Positions 37,337-47,578 are shown, counted from the stretch's first letter. The stretch is 49,372 nt of DNA from Fimbriimonadales bacterium (GCA_051003155.1 JBPCLO010000001.1:1-49372), one strand, 5' to 3'. Notes: generated by a model from the letters alone, not told the origin. Translations and numbers: made by a program.

Positions 37337-39067
37337 CTAGTTAACGATGATTCTAGCCCCGCTCTGGGTCGCGATTACGGTGTAGCGGCCCGCGCCGATG
37401 CGCAGATTTTTGAACGTGATGCTTCGCCAGGCGCCGGGAAGGCTCGGGCGGACGGATAGGTGGTAGCCGTTCCGCATCGGAACCGAGCTGTCCCGGGTCG
37501 CCTTCTTCGATATCCTTACCCCAAGAAACCCATAGATCACCGACTGCAGGCAGCCGGCCGCGCCGGTAACGAAGTATGTGTCCTGCGAGCCTCGGCGCTC
37601 TCGGAATTGCGTATTGGCGTCCACGAACGGCACCCACGAACGCTTCCAAAGATCGTGGGCCTCCTCCGGTCTCCCGAGCCGAGCCGCGATAACCGCGTGG
37701 ATGCAGTCGCTCATAGCCGGACCGACCTCGCTTGTCTTGTCCTTGTATCGATCGAACATTCGCTCCTGAATCCTGCGCCCGATCGGCCATTCGAGCGGAT
37801 AGAGGGCGAGGAGCGCGGCGGTTTGCTGGTAAGTATTGAGACCATCGTCGTCGTAGGTGGAGAGCAATTTGTCTCCAGCTAACGGGACCACGATGCGCGT
37901 AGACCATTCGTACCTGCCGGTGTGCTGGGCGACCCCTTTTGCGAGGAGATTGGTGACGAGGTCGTTGTTATGCAGCCGCCCCTCGTCTGGGCTCTTGACT
38001 TGCGGGAACTGGATGCCGCTCGGCGTCTCGAAGGCCCTCTTCTCAAACTGTCGGAATGCGACCTCTGCGACATCGCCGGCCGTCTTCGTGTCGATGAAGC
38101 CGAACGCGGTTGCCCTTTCCATCCACCACGCGACCCATCCGGCGACGTGGATTGCATTACGGAACTCCTTCGGAGTGAGGTCTTCGCCGTCGGGTCCCGC
38201 TTCCCATGGGATGTGGCCGCGCCTCAGCACGCGGCCCGCCCGCCACTCGGTTGCTGCCCTCGCGACGTCGGGTTGGATGAGCGCATAGACGGGGAGCATC
38301 CACGCCTCACCGTCCCAGAACCTTCGCCCGCCGTACTTCGCACTGCTAAGGCCCATCGGCGGGAGCATCTCGTTGCCGCTAATGTACAAGTAGAAGAGAA
38401 ACGAGTCGATGGCGCGCTGGTCTTCCTCAGGCCCGTCGATGATGATGCGGGTCTGGAACAGCTTGGCGAAGTGTGCCTTGGATCGGTTTAGGATGTCGTC
38501 GTAGCGGAAATTCGGCTTTTCGAATCTGGTGCCCGAGACCCTCTCGATGGTGTTGGCGTCTATTTGATCGATGGTCTCCCAAGAGTGGAGGTTGTCCGCG
38601 TGGGGGCTCGCAATGCGAATTCGAGCGTTCGACTTGAACCGCTGAGCTACGATCGGCTCAACGGAATCGACGACGGTGCTGATCCGTAAATATGTGCCCG
38701 AGGCATCGCTGCCCCCTGTCTCGCGAGGACGCTCGACCTCCAGGAGCGCTTTTCCCCGCCTCTCGACGGTGTAGACACCGGTCAAAAAATCGAGGTGCGA
38801 GCTGTGGGTCACGGAGTCTTCGGCACCTTCCACGTCGATTTCTACTGAAGCCGGGTTGATGCTCCGCCCGAACCTGCCCCCGTGCATCTGGAAGGCAGGC
38901 AAACCCCTGCCCGTCCCGTCCGGGCCGATTCGGATTCCGAATCGCGGGTTTCCGAGATAGACGGCCGGCTCGTTGTTGATAGCCGCGGGCTCATTGCTGA
39001 CGGCGGCACGCTCGCTCCCGCATCCGGTCAGGCAAGCCGCCAACGCGCCGACGAGGACTCTTCGCAT
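37337..39067 (-). CDS. Glycoside hydrolase family 65-like lipoprotein
   Basis: Lipobox LTGC; FWDGE.WM.P, SPDE, GPAMS, FVTGAAG.LQ..IYGF motifs. Confidence 0.82.
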   Translation of the reverse strand: MRRVLVGALAACLTGCGSERAAVSNEPAAINNEPAVYLGNPRFGIRIGPDGTGRGLPAFQMHGGRFGRSINPASVEIDVEGAEDSVTHSSHLDFLTGVYTVERRGKALLEVERPRETGGSDASGTYLRISTVVDSVEPIVAQRFKSNARIRIASPHADNLHSWETIDQIDANTIERVSGTRFEKPNFRYDDILNRSKAHFAKLFQTRIIIDGPEEDQRAIDSFLFYLYISGNEMLPPMGLSSAKYGGRRFWDGEAWMLPVYALIQPDVARAATEWRAGRVLRRGHIPWEAGPDGEDLTPKEFRNAIHVAGWVAWWMERATAFGFIDTKTAGDVAEVAFRQFEKRAFETPSGIQFPQVKSPDEGRLHNNDLVTNLLAKGVAQHTGRYEWSTRIVVPLAGDKLLSTYDDDGLNTYQQTAALLALYPLEWPIGRRIQERMFDRYKDKTSEVGPAMSDCIHAVIAARLGRPEEAHDLWKRSWVPFVDANTQFRERRGSQDTYFVTGAAGCLQSVIYGFLGVRISKKATRDSSVPMRNGYHLSVRPSLPGAWRSITFKNLRIGAGRYTVIATQSGARIIVN

Positions 39068-39130
39068 ACAGGCGGAGTCTACCGGCCCGGAGGGCGACGC
39101 TAGCTAGCCAACGAGTAAACTCCCGAACAC

Positions 39131-39463
39131 ATGGATTCAGACCGCCCTGATCCCGAGCAGCCCGAGATCGAGAAAACTGAGCTTCCCGAGCCGCCAGAGT
39201 GGGAATGGCAGCGCCCGGTCGAGCCGGAACCCGAAGTCTACGTGCCGATGAACGCCAGGCAGGCGGTCTATTCGCGCGGAATGGGGCTCGCCATCGCGAT
39301 CGGCTCGGCGTTTGTCGGCCCCGTGCTGGGCGGCATCCTCATCGGCGCGCTGATCGACGGCAAAGTCGGGGGAACTGGGACCATCGTCGGCCTGCTCGTG
39401 GGCACCGTGCTTGCGTTTGTGCTGCTCATCCGACTCGTGAACAAGCTGAATGAAGGTAGCTGA
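39131..39463 (+). CDS. AtpZ/AtpI-family (ATPase gene 1) protein
   Basis: Two TMs with G..IG.LID motif; first gene of the atp operon. Confidence 0.8.
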   Translation: MDSDRPDPEQPEIEKTELPEPPEWEWQRPVEPEPEVYVPMNARQAVYSRGMGLAIAIGSAFVGPVLGGILIGALIDGKVGGTGTIVGLLVGTVLAFVLLIRLVNKLNEGS

Positions 39464-39848
39464 GCCCGGACCGGTCAACTACGCGCTTGCCTGGACGCCG
39501 GCGCTCGTCGCGGCGGGCCTCCCCGTCGCTTGGCTCATCGGGGGGCTTCCCGGGACAGCCGGTTTCGCGATAGGCGGGGCGCTATCGATAGCCTCGCTCT
39601 GGATGGCCCGTCTGGTCGTCGGTAGCTCGATCAACCAAGCCAACGCGAAGCTAGCCGCACAGGCAAGACTCCAGCTCCTGCTCCTATTGAAGGTGCCGCT
39701 TTTCGCAATTGTGATATTTTTCACAAATTCGCTCGGCTTGGGGGCGATTTCGGCCTTCCTCGGGGGTTACTTGTTGGTATACTTGGCGCTGGTTATAGGG
39801 GCGCTGAGGCAGCGCGCCGGCGCCACGACTACGGATGAGCATCGGTAA
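39450..39848 (+). CDS. atpI: ATP synthase protein I-like
   Basis: Four hydrophobic segments; located directly before atpB. Confidence 0.7.
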   Translation: MKVAEPGPVNYALAWTPALVAAGLPVAWLIGGLPGTAGFAIGGALSIASLWMARLVVGSSINQANAKLAAQARLQLLLLLKVPLFAIVIFFTNSLGLGAISAFLGGYLLVYLALVIGALRQRAGATTTDEHR

Positions 39849-40599
39849 CCTCACAACACTATTTGCCGCGACGGAGCACGCCGCCGATCACCACGAAGGC
39901 GCGTGGTGGACCCCTGTTTTTTGGATGGTCGTCGTATTCTTCGTTATCGTGCTGCTGTTGGCAAAAGCGATTTCCGGCTCCAAGAACACGAACGTTCCCA
40001 AGAGCTACATCAGCCGCCTCGCCGAGCACGCCTACCTCTTTATCGAGAACATGTGTCTCAGCGTTATCGGGCCGGGCGGCAAGAAATACATCCCGCTCGT
40101 GCTCACGATCTACCTCATCGTACTGGTCTCGAATCTGTTCGGACTCTTCGGGCTTTACGCTCCCACCGCGTCCTTCGGCTTTACTCTCGGCATGGCGCTC
40201 GTGGTGGTCTTTTACGTGCAGTACGAAGGCATACGCGAGCTCGGCTTCAAGAAGTACATCAAGCATTTCATGGGCCCCGACCTCGGCATGCCGATCTACA
40301 CGATTTTGCCGATCTTCATTACGGTATTGCTCTTTTTCATAGAAGTGGTCTCCGAAGTCGCCAAAAACCTTTCGCTTTCGCTTCGCTTGCAGGGGAACAT
40401 TTCCGGCGAGCACAAGGTGGGTCAAACGCTGGGCGGATTAATACCGGTCTCGGACACTTTCGCCGTTCCGCTCCAGGCCGCTCTGCTCCCGCTCGGGGTT
40501 TTCGTAAGCCTCGTTCAGGCGCTGGTTTTCACGATGCTCACATGCGTCTATCTGTCGCTTTTCACCGCGCATGATGCCGAGGAGGCGCATGCACATTAA
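39835..40599 (+). CDS. atpB: ATP synthase F0 subunit a
   Basis: SLSLRLQGNI with the essential Arg; VQALVFTML..VY. Confidence 0.95.
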   Translation: MSIGNLTTLFAATEHAADHHEGAWWTPVFWMVVVFFVIVLLLAKAISGSKNTNVPKSYISRLAEHAYLFIENMCLSVIGPGGKKYIPLVLTIYLIVLVSNLFGLFGLYAPTASFGFTLGMALVVVFYVQYEGIRELGFKKYIKHFMGPDLGMPIYTILPIFITVLLFFIEVVSEVAKNLSLSLRLQGNISGEHKVGQTLGGLIPVSDTFAVPLQAALLPLGVFVSLVQALVFTMLTCVYLSLFTAHDAEEAHAH

Positions 40600-40632
40600 G
40601 AAACACAACTCACGGAGGACATCAAAACAACA

Positions 40633-40974
40633 ATGATTGCAATACAAGGGATCGCACTTGCGATCGGAATCGGAATCGGCTTCGCGGTGCTCGGCGCCGG
40701 TATAGGCCAAGGACTCGCCGCAAACGGCGCGATGAACGGTATGGCTCGCCAGCCCGAACTCGCAGGCAAAATCCAGACCGGTATGATCATCGCCCTCGCG
40801 TTCGTCGAGTCGCTGGTCATCTTCACGCTCGTTCTTTGCTTCCAGCTTCTCGGCAAGCTTCCGGCGACCAACGAGATAAAGCCAGAAGCCCTCACCGGTA
40901 CCGCCGCACTTTCGCAGCCCGCGCCCGAGAGCGTCCACGCGAACAACCTCACCCCGGCGGGGGCACGCAACTAG
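40633..40974 (+). CDS. atpE: ATP synthase F0 subunit c with C-terminal extension
   Basis: GAGIGQG, ARQPE loop, essential Glu (FVESL); GGAGG SD. Confidence 0.95.
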   Translation: MIAIQGIALAIGIGIGFAVLGAGIGQGLAANGAMNGMARQPELAGKIQTGMIIALAFVESLVIFTLVLCFQLLGKLPATNEIKPEALTGTAALSQPAPESVHANNLTPAGARN

Positions 40975-40978
40975 GACG

Positions 40979-41563
40979 ATGCGTTGGGTTATCGGCGCTA
41001 TCATAGCCGCAATCTTCTGGTTCTTATCGGCTCAACCGTTCATCGACCAGTGGAACGAGATCCCTCTCGTGCAGCAGCTCGCCTTGAACTTCAGGACGAC
41101 GTTCGTAACAATTGGCGCCATCGCTCTCATGTTCCCGGCCATTCAGGGTTTGTTCGTAAAGCCGTTGAACGACGCGATGGACGAAAGGACGAAGCGCCTC
41201 GAAGACACGTACTCGGAAGCGGAATCGCTCAAGCAGAACATGGCCGACCTGAAAACCAGCTACGAAGAGAAGTTGGCCGCCAGCGAAGCCGAAGCTCGCG
41301 AGAAGATTCAGGCCGCAGTCGGGGACGCCCAGGCAACCAAGGACCAGATCCTTACGGAAGCCCGAACTCAGGCGGAAGAAATCCGAACCCGAAATGAACT
41401 AGAGATGGAGCGCGAGCGCCAGAAAATGCTCGTCGGCCTGCGAACGCACGTCGCCGACCTCACCTTGCTCGCCACAGAGAGGATCATCTCCGAAAACCTC
41501 GACGACGAGCGCCAGCGGAAGCTGATCGACCGGTTCATCGACACCGCCGAGGTCGGCAAGTAG
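40979..41563 (+). CDS. atpF: ATP synthase F0 subunit b (extra N-terminal TM)
   Basis: KPL..AMDER coiled coil, position in operon. Confidence 0.92.
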   Translation: MRWVIGAIIAAIFWFLSAQPFIDQWNEIPLVQQLALNFRTTFVTIGAIALMFPAIQGLFVKPLNDAMDERTKRLEDTYSEAESLKQNMADLKTSYEEKLAASEAEAREKIQAAVGDAQATKDQILTEARTQAEEIRTRNELEMERERQKMLVGLRTHVADLTLLATERIISENLDDERQRKLIDRFIDTAEVGK

Positions 41564-41564
41564 C

Positions 41565-42119
41565 TTGGCGGTATCCCGAGTCGCACGGCGATACGCGATG
41601 GCCCTCTACGAGGTCGCCAAGAAGGAGCGTTCCGTGGAAGAGGCCAAGCAAGACTTGACGTCGATTGTGGGCATTTTCACCGCCAAGCCCGAGTTGCAGA
41701 ACTTCCTGGCGAGCCCCTTGGTCGACCGAGAGAAGAAGCTCGACCTGGTGGACAAGGTGTTTTCGGACCGCGCAAGGCCGATCACTATGAAGCTGCTTCG
41801 GCTGCTCATCGACAAGCGCCGCGAAACCGAGCTGCTCGCCGTCCGCGAGGAATTCGAGCGGATCGTCGAAGAAGCACACGGCACGCTCCATGTGCTGATC
41901 ACGTCCGCGGTGCCTCTCGACAAAGGGAAGCTCGACCAGATCGTGAGCCGCGTGGCGCAGCAGACCGGCAAGGACGTGATCCCCGAGGTGGAAGTCGACG
42001 CCAAGCTAATCGGCGGCGTCCAGGTGGAGTTCGGCAACTCGATCCTCGACGGGTCCGTCTCGGGTGCGCTCAAGAGGCTGCGCGAAAGGCTCTTTATCGA
42101 CGTTTTGAAACAAGCATAG
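41565..42119 (+). CDS. atpH: ATP synthase F1 subunit delta
   Basis: VARRYA.AL, LIGG......ILDGS motifs. Confidence 0.95.
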   Translation: MAVSRVARRYAMALYEVAKKERSVEEAKQDLTSIVGIFTAKPELQNFLASPLVDREKKLDLVDKVFSDRARPITMKLLRLLIDKRRETELLAVREEFERIVEEAHGTLHVLITSAVPLDKGKLDQIVSRVAQQTGKDVIPEVEVDAKLIGGVQVEFGNSILDGSVSGALKRLRERLFIDVLKQA

Positions 42120-42131
42120 CCCGGAGAAACA

Positions 42132-43694
42132 ATGGCAATTCGACCAGAGGAAATTACAAGCATATTAGCAAGGGAGCTGGAAGGCTTCGACTCCACCGCG
42201 AAGACCGAGCACGTCGGCACCGTTCTCCAAGTGGGCGACGGAATCGCGCGCGTGCATGGCCTGCCCGACTGTCAGATGGGCGAGCTCCTCGAGTTCCCGG
42301 GCGGCGTCATGGGCCTCGCGCTGAACCTGGAAGAGGCCAGCATCGGCGCGGTCATCATCGGGGAGGACACGGGTATCAAGGAAGGAGACGTGGTCCGCGA
42401 GACCGGGCGCATTATCTCTGTGCCCGTGGGCGACGCTATGCTCGGCCGCGTGGTGAACCCGCTCGGGCACCCGGTCGACGGCAACGGCCCGATCGCGAGC
42501 AGCGACCTCGGCCTCGTCGAAGTCATCGCTCCGGGCGTTGTGAAGCGCCAGCCGGTCAAGGAGCCTTTGCAAACGGGCATCAAGGCGATCGACGCGATGA
42601 TCCCGATCGGCCGCGGCCAGCGCGAGCTCATTATCGGCGACCGACAGACGGGTAAGACCGCGATCTGCGTCGACGCGATCATCAACCAGAAGAGCACCCA
42701 CGAGCCAGGGGGCAGTCCGGTTTATTGCATCTATGTAGCGATCGGCCAGCGCATGTCCAGCGTGCGTCGCGTCGTCGAAACGCTTCGGCAGCACGGCGCT
42801 CTCGACTACACGATCGTGGTCGTGGCCGACGCATCAGACACGAACGCGATGCAGTACATCGCACCGTTTGCCGGATGCACCATGGGCGAGTTCTTCCGCG
42901 ACAACGGCAAGCACGCCCTCGTCATCTACGACGACCTTTCCAAGCACGCAGCCGCATACCGCACGATGTCGCTGCTCCTGCGCCGGCCGCCCGGACGCGA
43001 AGCGTATCCCGGTGACGTTTTCTATCTGCACAGCCGTTTGCTGGAGCGCGCTGCGAAGCTGAACGACGAGCTCGGCGGAGGATCGCTGACGGCGTTGCCG
43101 ATCATCGAGACCCAAGCCGGCGACGTCTCCGCTTACATCCCCACAAACGTCATTTCGATCACGGACGGCCAGATATTTCTCGAGCCGGACCTCTTCTTTG
43201 CGGGCGTCCGACCGGCGATCAACGTCGGCATCTCGGTCTCCCGTGTCGGCGGCGCCGCGCAGGTCAAGGCGATGAAATCGGTCGCCGGAAAGCTGAAGCT
43301 CGAAATGGCCCAGTTCCGCGAGGTCCAAGCGTTCGCCCAGTTCGCGAGCGACCTCGACAAGGCAACCCAGCAGCAGCTTGCGCGTGGCCAGCGTTTCAAC
43401 GAGCTGCTCAAGCAGGACATCTACACGCCGTACAGCGTCGAGGACCAGGTCATTTCGATCTTCTCCGGCGTCGGAGGTTATTTCGACCCGATCGAGATCA
43501 GGGATATCAAGGAGTTCGAGAAGGGGCTTCTCGGCTATGTCCACGAGAAGTATCCTGACCTCATCGAGAAGCTGCGGACGACCAAGGAGTGGACGCCGGA
43601 CGTCGAAGAGAACGCCCGCAAGGCGATCTCCGAATTCCAGCACCAGTTCCTTGAAGGCAAAGAGTCGGCCGCTCCAGTGGAGGCGGCAAGCTAG
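42132..43694 (+). CDS. atpA: ATP synthase F1 subunit alpha
   Basis: GDRQTGKT Walker [25 protein letters not shown]. Confidence 0.99.
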   Translation: MAIRPEEITSILARELEGFDSTAKTEHVGTVLQVGDGIARVHGLPDCQMGELLEFPGGVMGLALNLEEASIGAVIIGEDTGIKEGDVVRETGRIISVPVGDAMLGRVVNPLGHPVDGNGPIASSDLGLVEVIAPGVVKRQPVKEPLQTGIKAIDAMIPIGRGQRELIIGDRQTGKTAICVDAIINQKSTHEPGGSPVYCIYVAIGQRMSSVRRVVETLRQHGALDYTIVVVADASDTNAMQYIAPFAGCTMGEFFRDNGKHALVIYDDLSKHAAAYRTMSLLLRRPPGREAYPGDVFYLHSRLLERAAKLNDELGGGSLTALPIIETQAGDVSAYIPTNVISITDGQIFLEPDLFFAGVRPAINVGISVSRVGGAAQVKAMKSVAGKLKLEMAQFREVQAFAQFASDLDKATQQQLARGQRFNELLKQDIYTPYSVEDQVISIFSGVGGYFDPIEIRDIKEFEKGLLGYVHEKYPDLIEKLRTTKEWTPDVEENARKAISEFQHQFLEGKESAAPVEAAS

Positions 43695-43697
43695 GAC

Positions 43698-43765
43698 GGA
43701 CTGTAGACTGAAGACGGGAGACTGCGGAACGGTCTCCAGTCTCCAGTCTCCAGTCTCCAGTCTAA
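43698..43765. repeat. Inverted pair of heptamer tandem arrays (AGTCTCC family) between atpA and atpG
   Basis: Left arm ggactgt agactga agacggg agactgc; spacer ggaac; right arm ggtctcc agtctcc agtctcc agtctcc agtctaa; the arms are complementary. Confidence 0.9.
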
Positions 43766-43768
43766 CCC

Positions 43769-44638
43769 ATGGCAACCATCAAGCAACTCCGAAGTCGCAT
43801 CCGAAGCGCGAAGAACATCCAGCAGATCACTCGCGCGATGAAGCTCGTCGCCGCCGCCCGGCTGCGGCGCGCGCAGGACCGCGTGCTCGAGGCTCGTCCA
43901 TACGCAGAGGAGATGCGGGAGCTTATGGCGAGCATGGCCGCGGCGGGCGACATGCCGTCGCATCCGCTTCTGGAGCGAAGGCCGATCGAGAACTACGGGC
44001 TGATCCTGTTCACGGCAGAAAGGGGCCTGGCGGGGTCGTTCAACACCAACCTCATCCGCAGGGCTGGGGACTTCCTAAAGGAGACAGCCGGTGGGCGGAA
44101 GCTGATCGGCGTGGGCAAGAAGGGCGCCCAGTTCTTCACTCGCCGCGGCGTGGAGCTTGTTGACGCCGTCACGGTTCCCACGAGCGGGCCGACGATGGAG
44201 CACGCGCGTGCGATCACGGCGAAAGCGCGCGAGATGTTCGAATCCGGCGAGGTCGACGCGATCCACCTCGTCTACAGCCGATTTCATTCTCCGATCCGGC
44301 AGATCCCGCAGGTGGTCCAGCTCCTTCCGATCGAGCCGCCCGCGGCGGCTGAAGGCGCCGCGGCGGAACAGTTTACGAAGACGTACACTTTCGAGCCCGA
44401 CGCCTCCGCCCTTTTGGGGCAACTCCTTCCCCGCTACGCGTTGACCCTCGTGCTTCAGGCGCTTCTGGAGTCGACCGCGAGCGAGCACGGCGCGCGCATG
44501 ACCGCGATGACGAGCGCCACCGACAACGCTGGCGAAATGATTCAGGACCTGACGCTCCAGGCCAACCGTATGCGCCAAGCTTCGATCACCAAAGAGATCC
44601 TCGAAATCGTCGGTGGCGCCGAAGCCCTCAAGGGCTAG
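43769..44638 (+). CDS. atpG: ATP synthase F1 subunit gamma
   Basis: QITRAMKLVAAA, RGLAGSFN, SEHGARMTAM..ATDNA, RQASITKEILEIVGGAEAL. Confidence 0.98.
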   Translation: MATIKQLRSRIRSAKNIQQITRAMKLVAAARLRRAQDRVLEARPYAEEMRELMASMAAAGDMPSHPLLERRPIENYGLILFTAERGLAGSFNTNLIRRAGDFLKETAGGRKLIGVGKKGAQFFTRRGVELVDAVTVPTSGPTMEHARAITAKAREMFESGEVDAIHLVYSRFHSPIRQIPQVVQLLPIEPPAAAEGAAAEQFTKTYTFEPDASALLGQLLPRYALTLVLQALLESTASEHGARMTAMTSATDNAGEMIQDLTLQANRMRQASITKEILEIVGGAEALKG

Positions 44639-44719
44639 CCGTAGCGCGGGCATCCGGTGGCATGCCAGGTTCGCGAACCGTCATCACGACTGTACGCCTA
44701 CTGCCCCTACCGTTGACGG

Positions 44720-45046
44720 CTACCGGCCGAGCCACCGGATCACGTTCACCAGGCCACTAATCAGCAGACCAAAAATTATCAGCGGTAGGAGCACCTTGAG
44801 AACGAACCATTGCATGTGCCTGCTGTAGTTTCCGCCACGTGCCGGCGGGTTCCGCGTTGCCCTTTGCAGCAGGGCGAGTGCCCGCTGTTCGATGAACTCT
44901 CTGCGCTGCCTAACTTCGTGCAGCAGAATGTCTGCCTGCTCCGGAGGAATGGGATCGTCCGCCCTAGCGTAAGGATTGTTCTTGAGCCAAAGAAGCCGGA
45001 CGGCCTCGGCTTCGATGTCGCTCATCGATTTGGGCGCTTCAGACAT
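44720..45046 (-). CDS. Small hypothetical protein with C-terminal TM
   Basis: GGAG SD, protein-like composition, single hydrophobic C-terminal segment. Confidence 0.6.
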   Translation of the reverse strand: MSEAPKSMSDIEAEAVRLLWLKNNPYARADDPIPPEQADILLHEVRQRREFIEQRALALLQRATRNPPARGGNYSRHMQWFVLKVLLPLIIFGLLISGLVNVIRWLGR

Positions 45047-45192
45047 CGCTCCGGGTTAATACTAAGTTCTCGTGACACATGTTCGGTTGGCGTCGGAGGA
45101 TCCGACGAATTAAAGAATATCCAAACGGGGGCCAGGGACGTGCGGACTGAGACCGTACAGTCAACCGCCACCCGCCGCCGATAAGGCGCATG

Positions 45193-46116
45193 CTAGCTCT
45201 TACCGTCTCCGTAGTGTCTAGACCTTTCAGAATGGTACTCGACGCCTACTGTGCCGGCATTGTCGGAAAGCCAGGTCTTCAAGGAGGTTCGGCCGATCGG
45301 TGGTTCACTCGATACGAGCAAGTTCGCCATGAGGCCGCGCACCTCATCCCAGGTGACGACCGTATCGCGAACGACCGGCGAGATTAACATCGAAGCTACA
45401 TGAAAGATTCGCGGTGGAACCCTCACAATCCTAACTCGGGAGCCAGTTGCTCTCTTTATGAGTTTCACCAGATCGACAAAGGAGTACGTCTCGGGACCGA
45501 CAGCGTCGCTAACGACAGAGGCTTCACCGCGTTCGCCATGCTCGAGCAAGAGGGCTGCATAATCCTCGACGGAAATCGGCTGGATCCTATAGTTGCCGTC
45601 GCCGGCGACCAAAAACAGAGGCGAATGCCGGGCCAGCCAGGCAATGTTGTTAATCAGGATGTCCTCCTTGCCGAAGAACACCGTGGGTCTCAGGACCGAA
45701 TGAGGAACTCCGCAATCCTCGAGCGCAAGTTCAACCTTAGCCTTCCCCCTGTAATAACCGAATGGCGAATCTGCCGACGGATTGGCGATGCTCGTGTGGA
45801 CAATACGCTGAATGCCCGCCCTCTTTGCTGCCTCGAAAAGGGCGATCGAGTTCTCCACCGCACGCTCGTACGTCATTTCGCCCTGCGGATAGCGTATCCA
45901 ATACGTGTTATAGAAAGTCCGGGCGCCGCTCATCGCCGTCGCCATTACATCGACGTTGTCGAAGGAATAGCGAAACAAGTCCAATTGCCCTGGAGAGGGA
46001 TTTTCGCGCGAAATGTCGTTGGTGAAGCCCACGACAGTTTTGCCACTCTCGATCAGGAGCTTGGTCAGGTATTTGCCTGTAAACGAAAGGGGACCGGTTA
46101 CGACTGTGTCAGCCAT
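45193..46116 (-). CDS. NAD(P)-binding epimerase/atypical SDR (NDUFA9-like)
   Basis: VVTG..SFTG, YYRGK, LRPTVFFG, QPISVED, DAVGPE motifs. Confidence 0.88.
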   Translation of the reverse strand: MADTVVTGPLSFTGKYLTKLLIESGKTVVGFTNDISRENPSPGQLDLFRYSFDNVDVMATAMSGARTFYNTYWIRYPQGEMTYERAVENSIALFEAAKRAGIQRIVHTSIANPSADSPFGYYRGKAKVELALEDCGVPHSVLRPTVFFGKEDILINNIAWLARHSPLFLVAGDGNYRIQPISVEDYAALLLEHGERGEASVVSDAVGPETYSFVDLVKLIKRATGSRVRIVRVPPRIFHVASMLISPVVRDTVVTWDEVRGLMANLLVSSEPPIGRTSLKTWLSDNAGTVGVEYHSERSRHYGDGKS

Positions 46117-46603
46117 TAATGGCTGCCGACTGGCCGACCCAGTCTAGATCGATTCCTTTGGCCATCAGTATCTCCGACAGCTGGCCGACGTGGCCCTGGA
46201 GATGGCGGAGGTTCATCATCTGGTGATCCAGCTTGGCCATGTTCTTGTACCAGTAGAAGCCCGTCTCATCGGAATCCAGGTCCAGGAGATCGACGGCTTT
46301 ATCGAGGCCCGCTGTCACGAGGTCGATGTAGTCGAGGATCTCGGACCTGGTGTACGGCTCCACGACGGGCGGGTCTTCCCACAGGCTCGCGCTGTCCTCG
46401 CGGTCCTTTTCCCAAGGAACAAATGCGTTCAAATTCGGCTGAAGGTAGAGGTGCGTGTAGAAAACCGCATGGAACGCGATGCGCCAGAAGTTGCGCGGGT
46501 GCTCGCCGGACGTCCACACCGCTTCGGGGCAACGCTCCACTTCTTGCCTGAGCATCGCTAGGCCCGCGCCATACTGCCGCTTCAACGCCGATCGGATATC
46601 CAT
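46109..46603 (-). CDS. DinB family protein
   Basis: FWRIAFHA.FY..LYL and NLRHLQGHVGQL His motifs; ATG 46603. Confidence 0.85.
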   Translation of the reverse strand: MDIRSALKRQYGAGLAMLRQEVERCPEAVWTSGEHPRNFWRIAFHAVFYTHLYLQPNLNAFVPWEKDREDSASLWEDPPVVEPYTRSEILDYIDLVTAGLDKAVDLLDLDSDETGFYWYKNMAKLDHQMMNLRHLQGHVGQLSEILMAKGIDLDWVGQSAAING

Positions 46604-46920
46604 GTACTGTGAGGGGATCTTACCGTTCTCGAGCTGAGGCAAGTCCCAGGACGGCTCGGACGGATTGCGTTCTTCTTTTTTTCGCGCTCCGACGCGGCTC
46701 TGAGAAGGATCGATGCCCGGTCCCAATCGATCGGAACAGTGGAGACTTATATCAGAAGAGAGGGAAATTGGTTTTTACTGGTTTCATCCTTTTCGCCGAT
46801 TGTCTTCCTGATCTCGCAAAAGTTAGTGTATTATGAGTTTGCAGCAGGCATTGTGGGTGTTTCGAGACTCTCGGGCTTCGACAACCCGACTGAATTGAGG
46901 CTGCCGAGGAGAGGATACAA

Positions 46921-47577
46921 ATGAAATTCAGCAGATTGGCTGTGGGTGCAGCCACACTATGTCTTACTGGAGTTTCGCTTGCGGGCGGCGACTTTTACGG
47001 AGGGGACTTTGATGGCCGTAATGGGTTAAGCATCACGTCCGACGCCTACGTGTTCGACAACTTCACGGTCGCCGGGCCCGGCCTCATGGTAACCAGCGTG
47101 TACGGCAACTGCCTGAGCGAGGGCAACTTCGCCAACATGACGATGTTCTGGGAGGTCCGCAGCGGCATGTCCGTTGGTAACGGCGGCACGCTGGAGGCGA
47201 GCGGTAGCGGCACGCCCGTTGTGGAAGAAACGGGCCGCAAAGGATTCACGTACACGGAGTACAACATCCGTATGAACGGACTTTCGTTTGCGTTGGCGGC
47301 TGGAGACTACTGGCTTGGAATAAGCGTCGACGACCCGGCGGGTGGCAAAACGTTCTCCTCGACTACTGATGGCACCAACGGTATTGGCGGGCCGCTCGGC
47401 GACGACAATTCACTTTACGGTGTCAGCTCGACCTACATCGATACCGAGACCCAGCTTGGCCCAGGCGTTTGGGACTTCTCCCATGGAGTCGACGGGGATC
47501 CCGTTCCAGAGCCCACTACGCTGATCGCTCTCGGTATCGGCTTTGCAGGAGTTGCTGCTCGCCGCCGCAGAAGCTAG
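46921..47577 (+). CDS. PEP-CTERM protein
   Basis: Signal peptide; C-terminal VPEPTTLIALGIGFAGVAARRRS; GAGGA SD. Confidence 0.95.
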   Translation: MKFSRLAVGAATLCLTGVSLAGGDFYGGDFDGRNGLSITSDAYVFDNFTVAGPGLMVTSVYGNCLSEGNFANMTMFWEVRSGMSVGNGGTLEASGSGTPVVEETGRKGFTYTEYNIRMNGLSFALAAGDYWLGISVDDPAGGKTFSSTTDGTNGIGGPLGDDNSLYGVSSTYIDTETQLGPGVWDFSHGVDGDPVPEPTTLIALGIGFAGVAARRRRS

Positions 47578-47578
47578 A

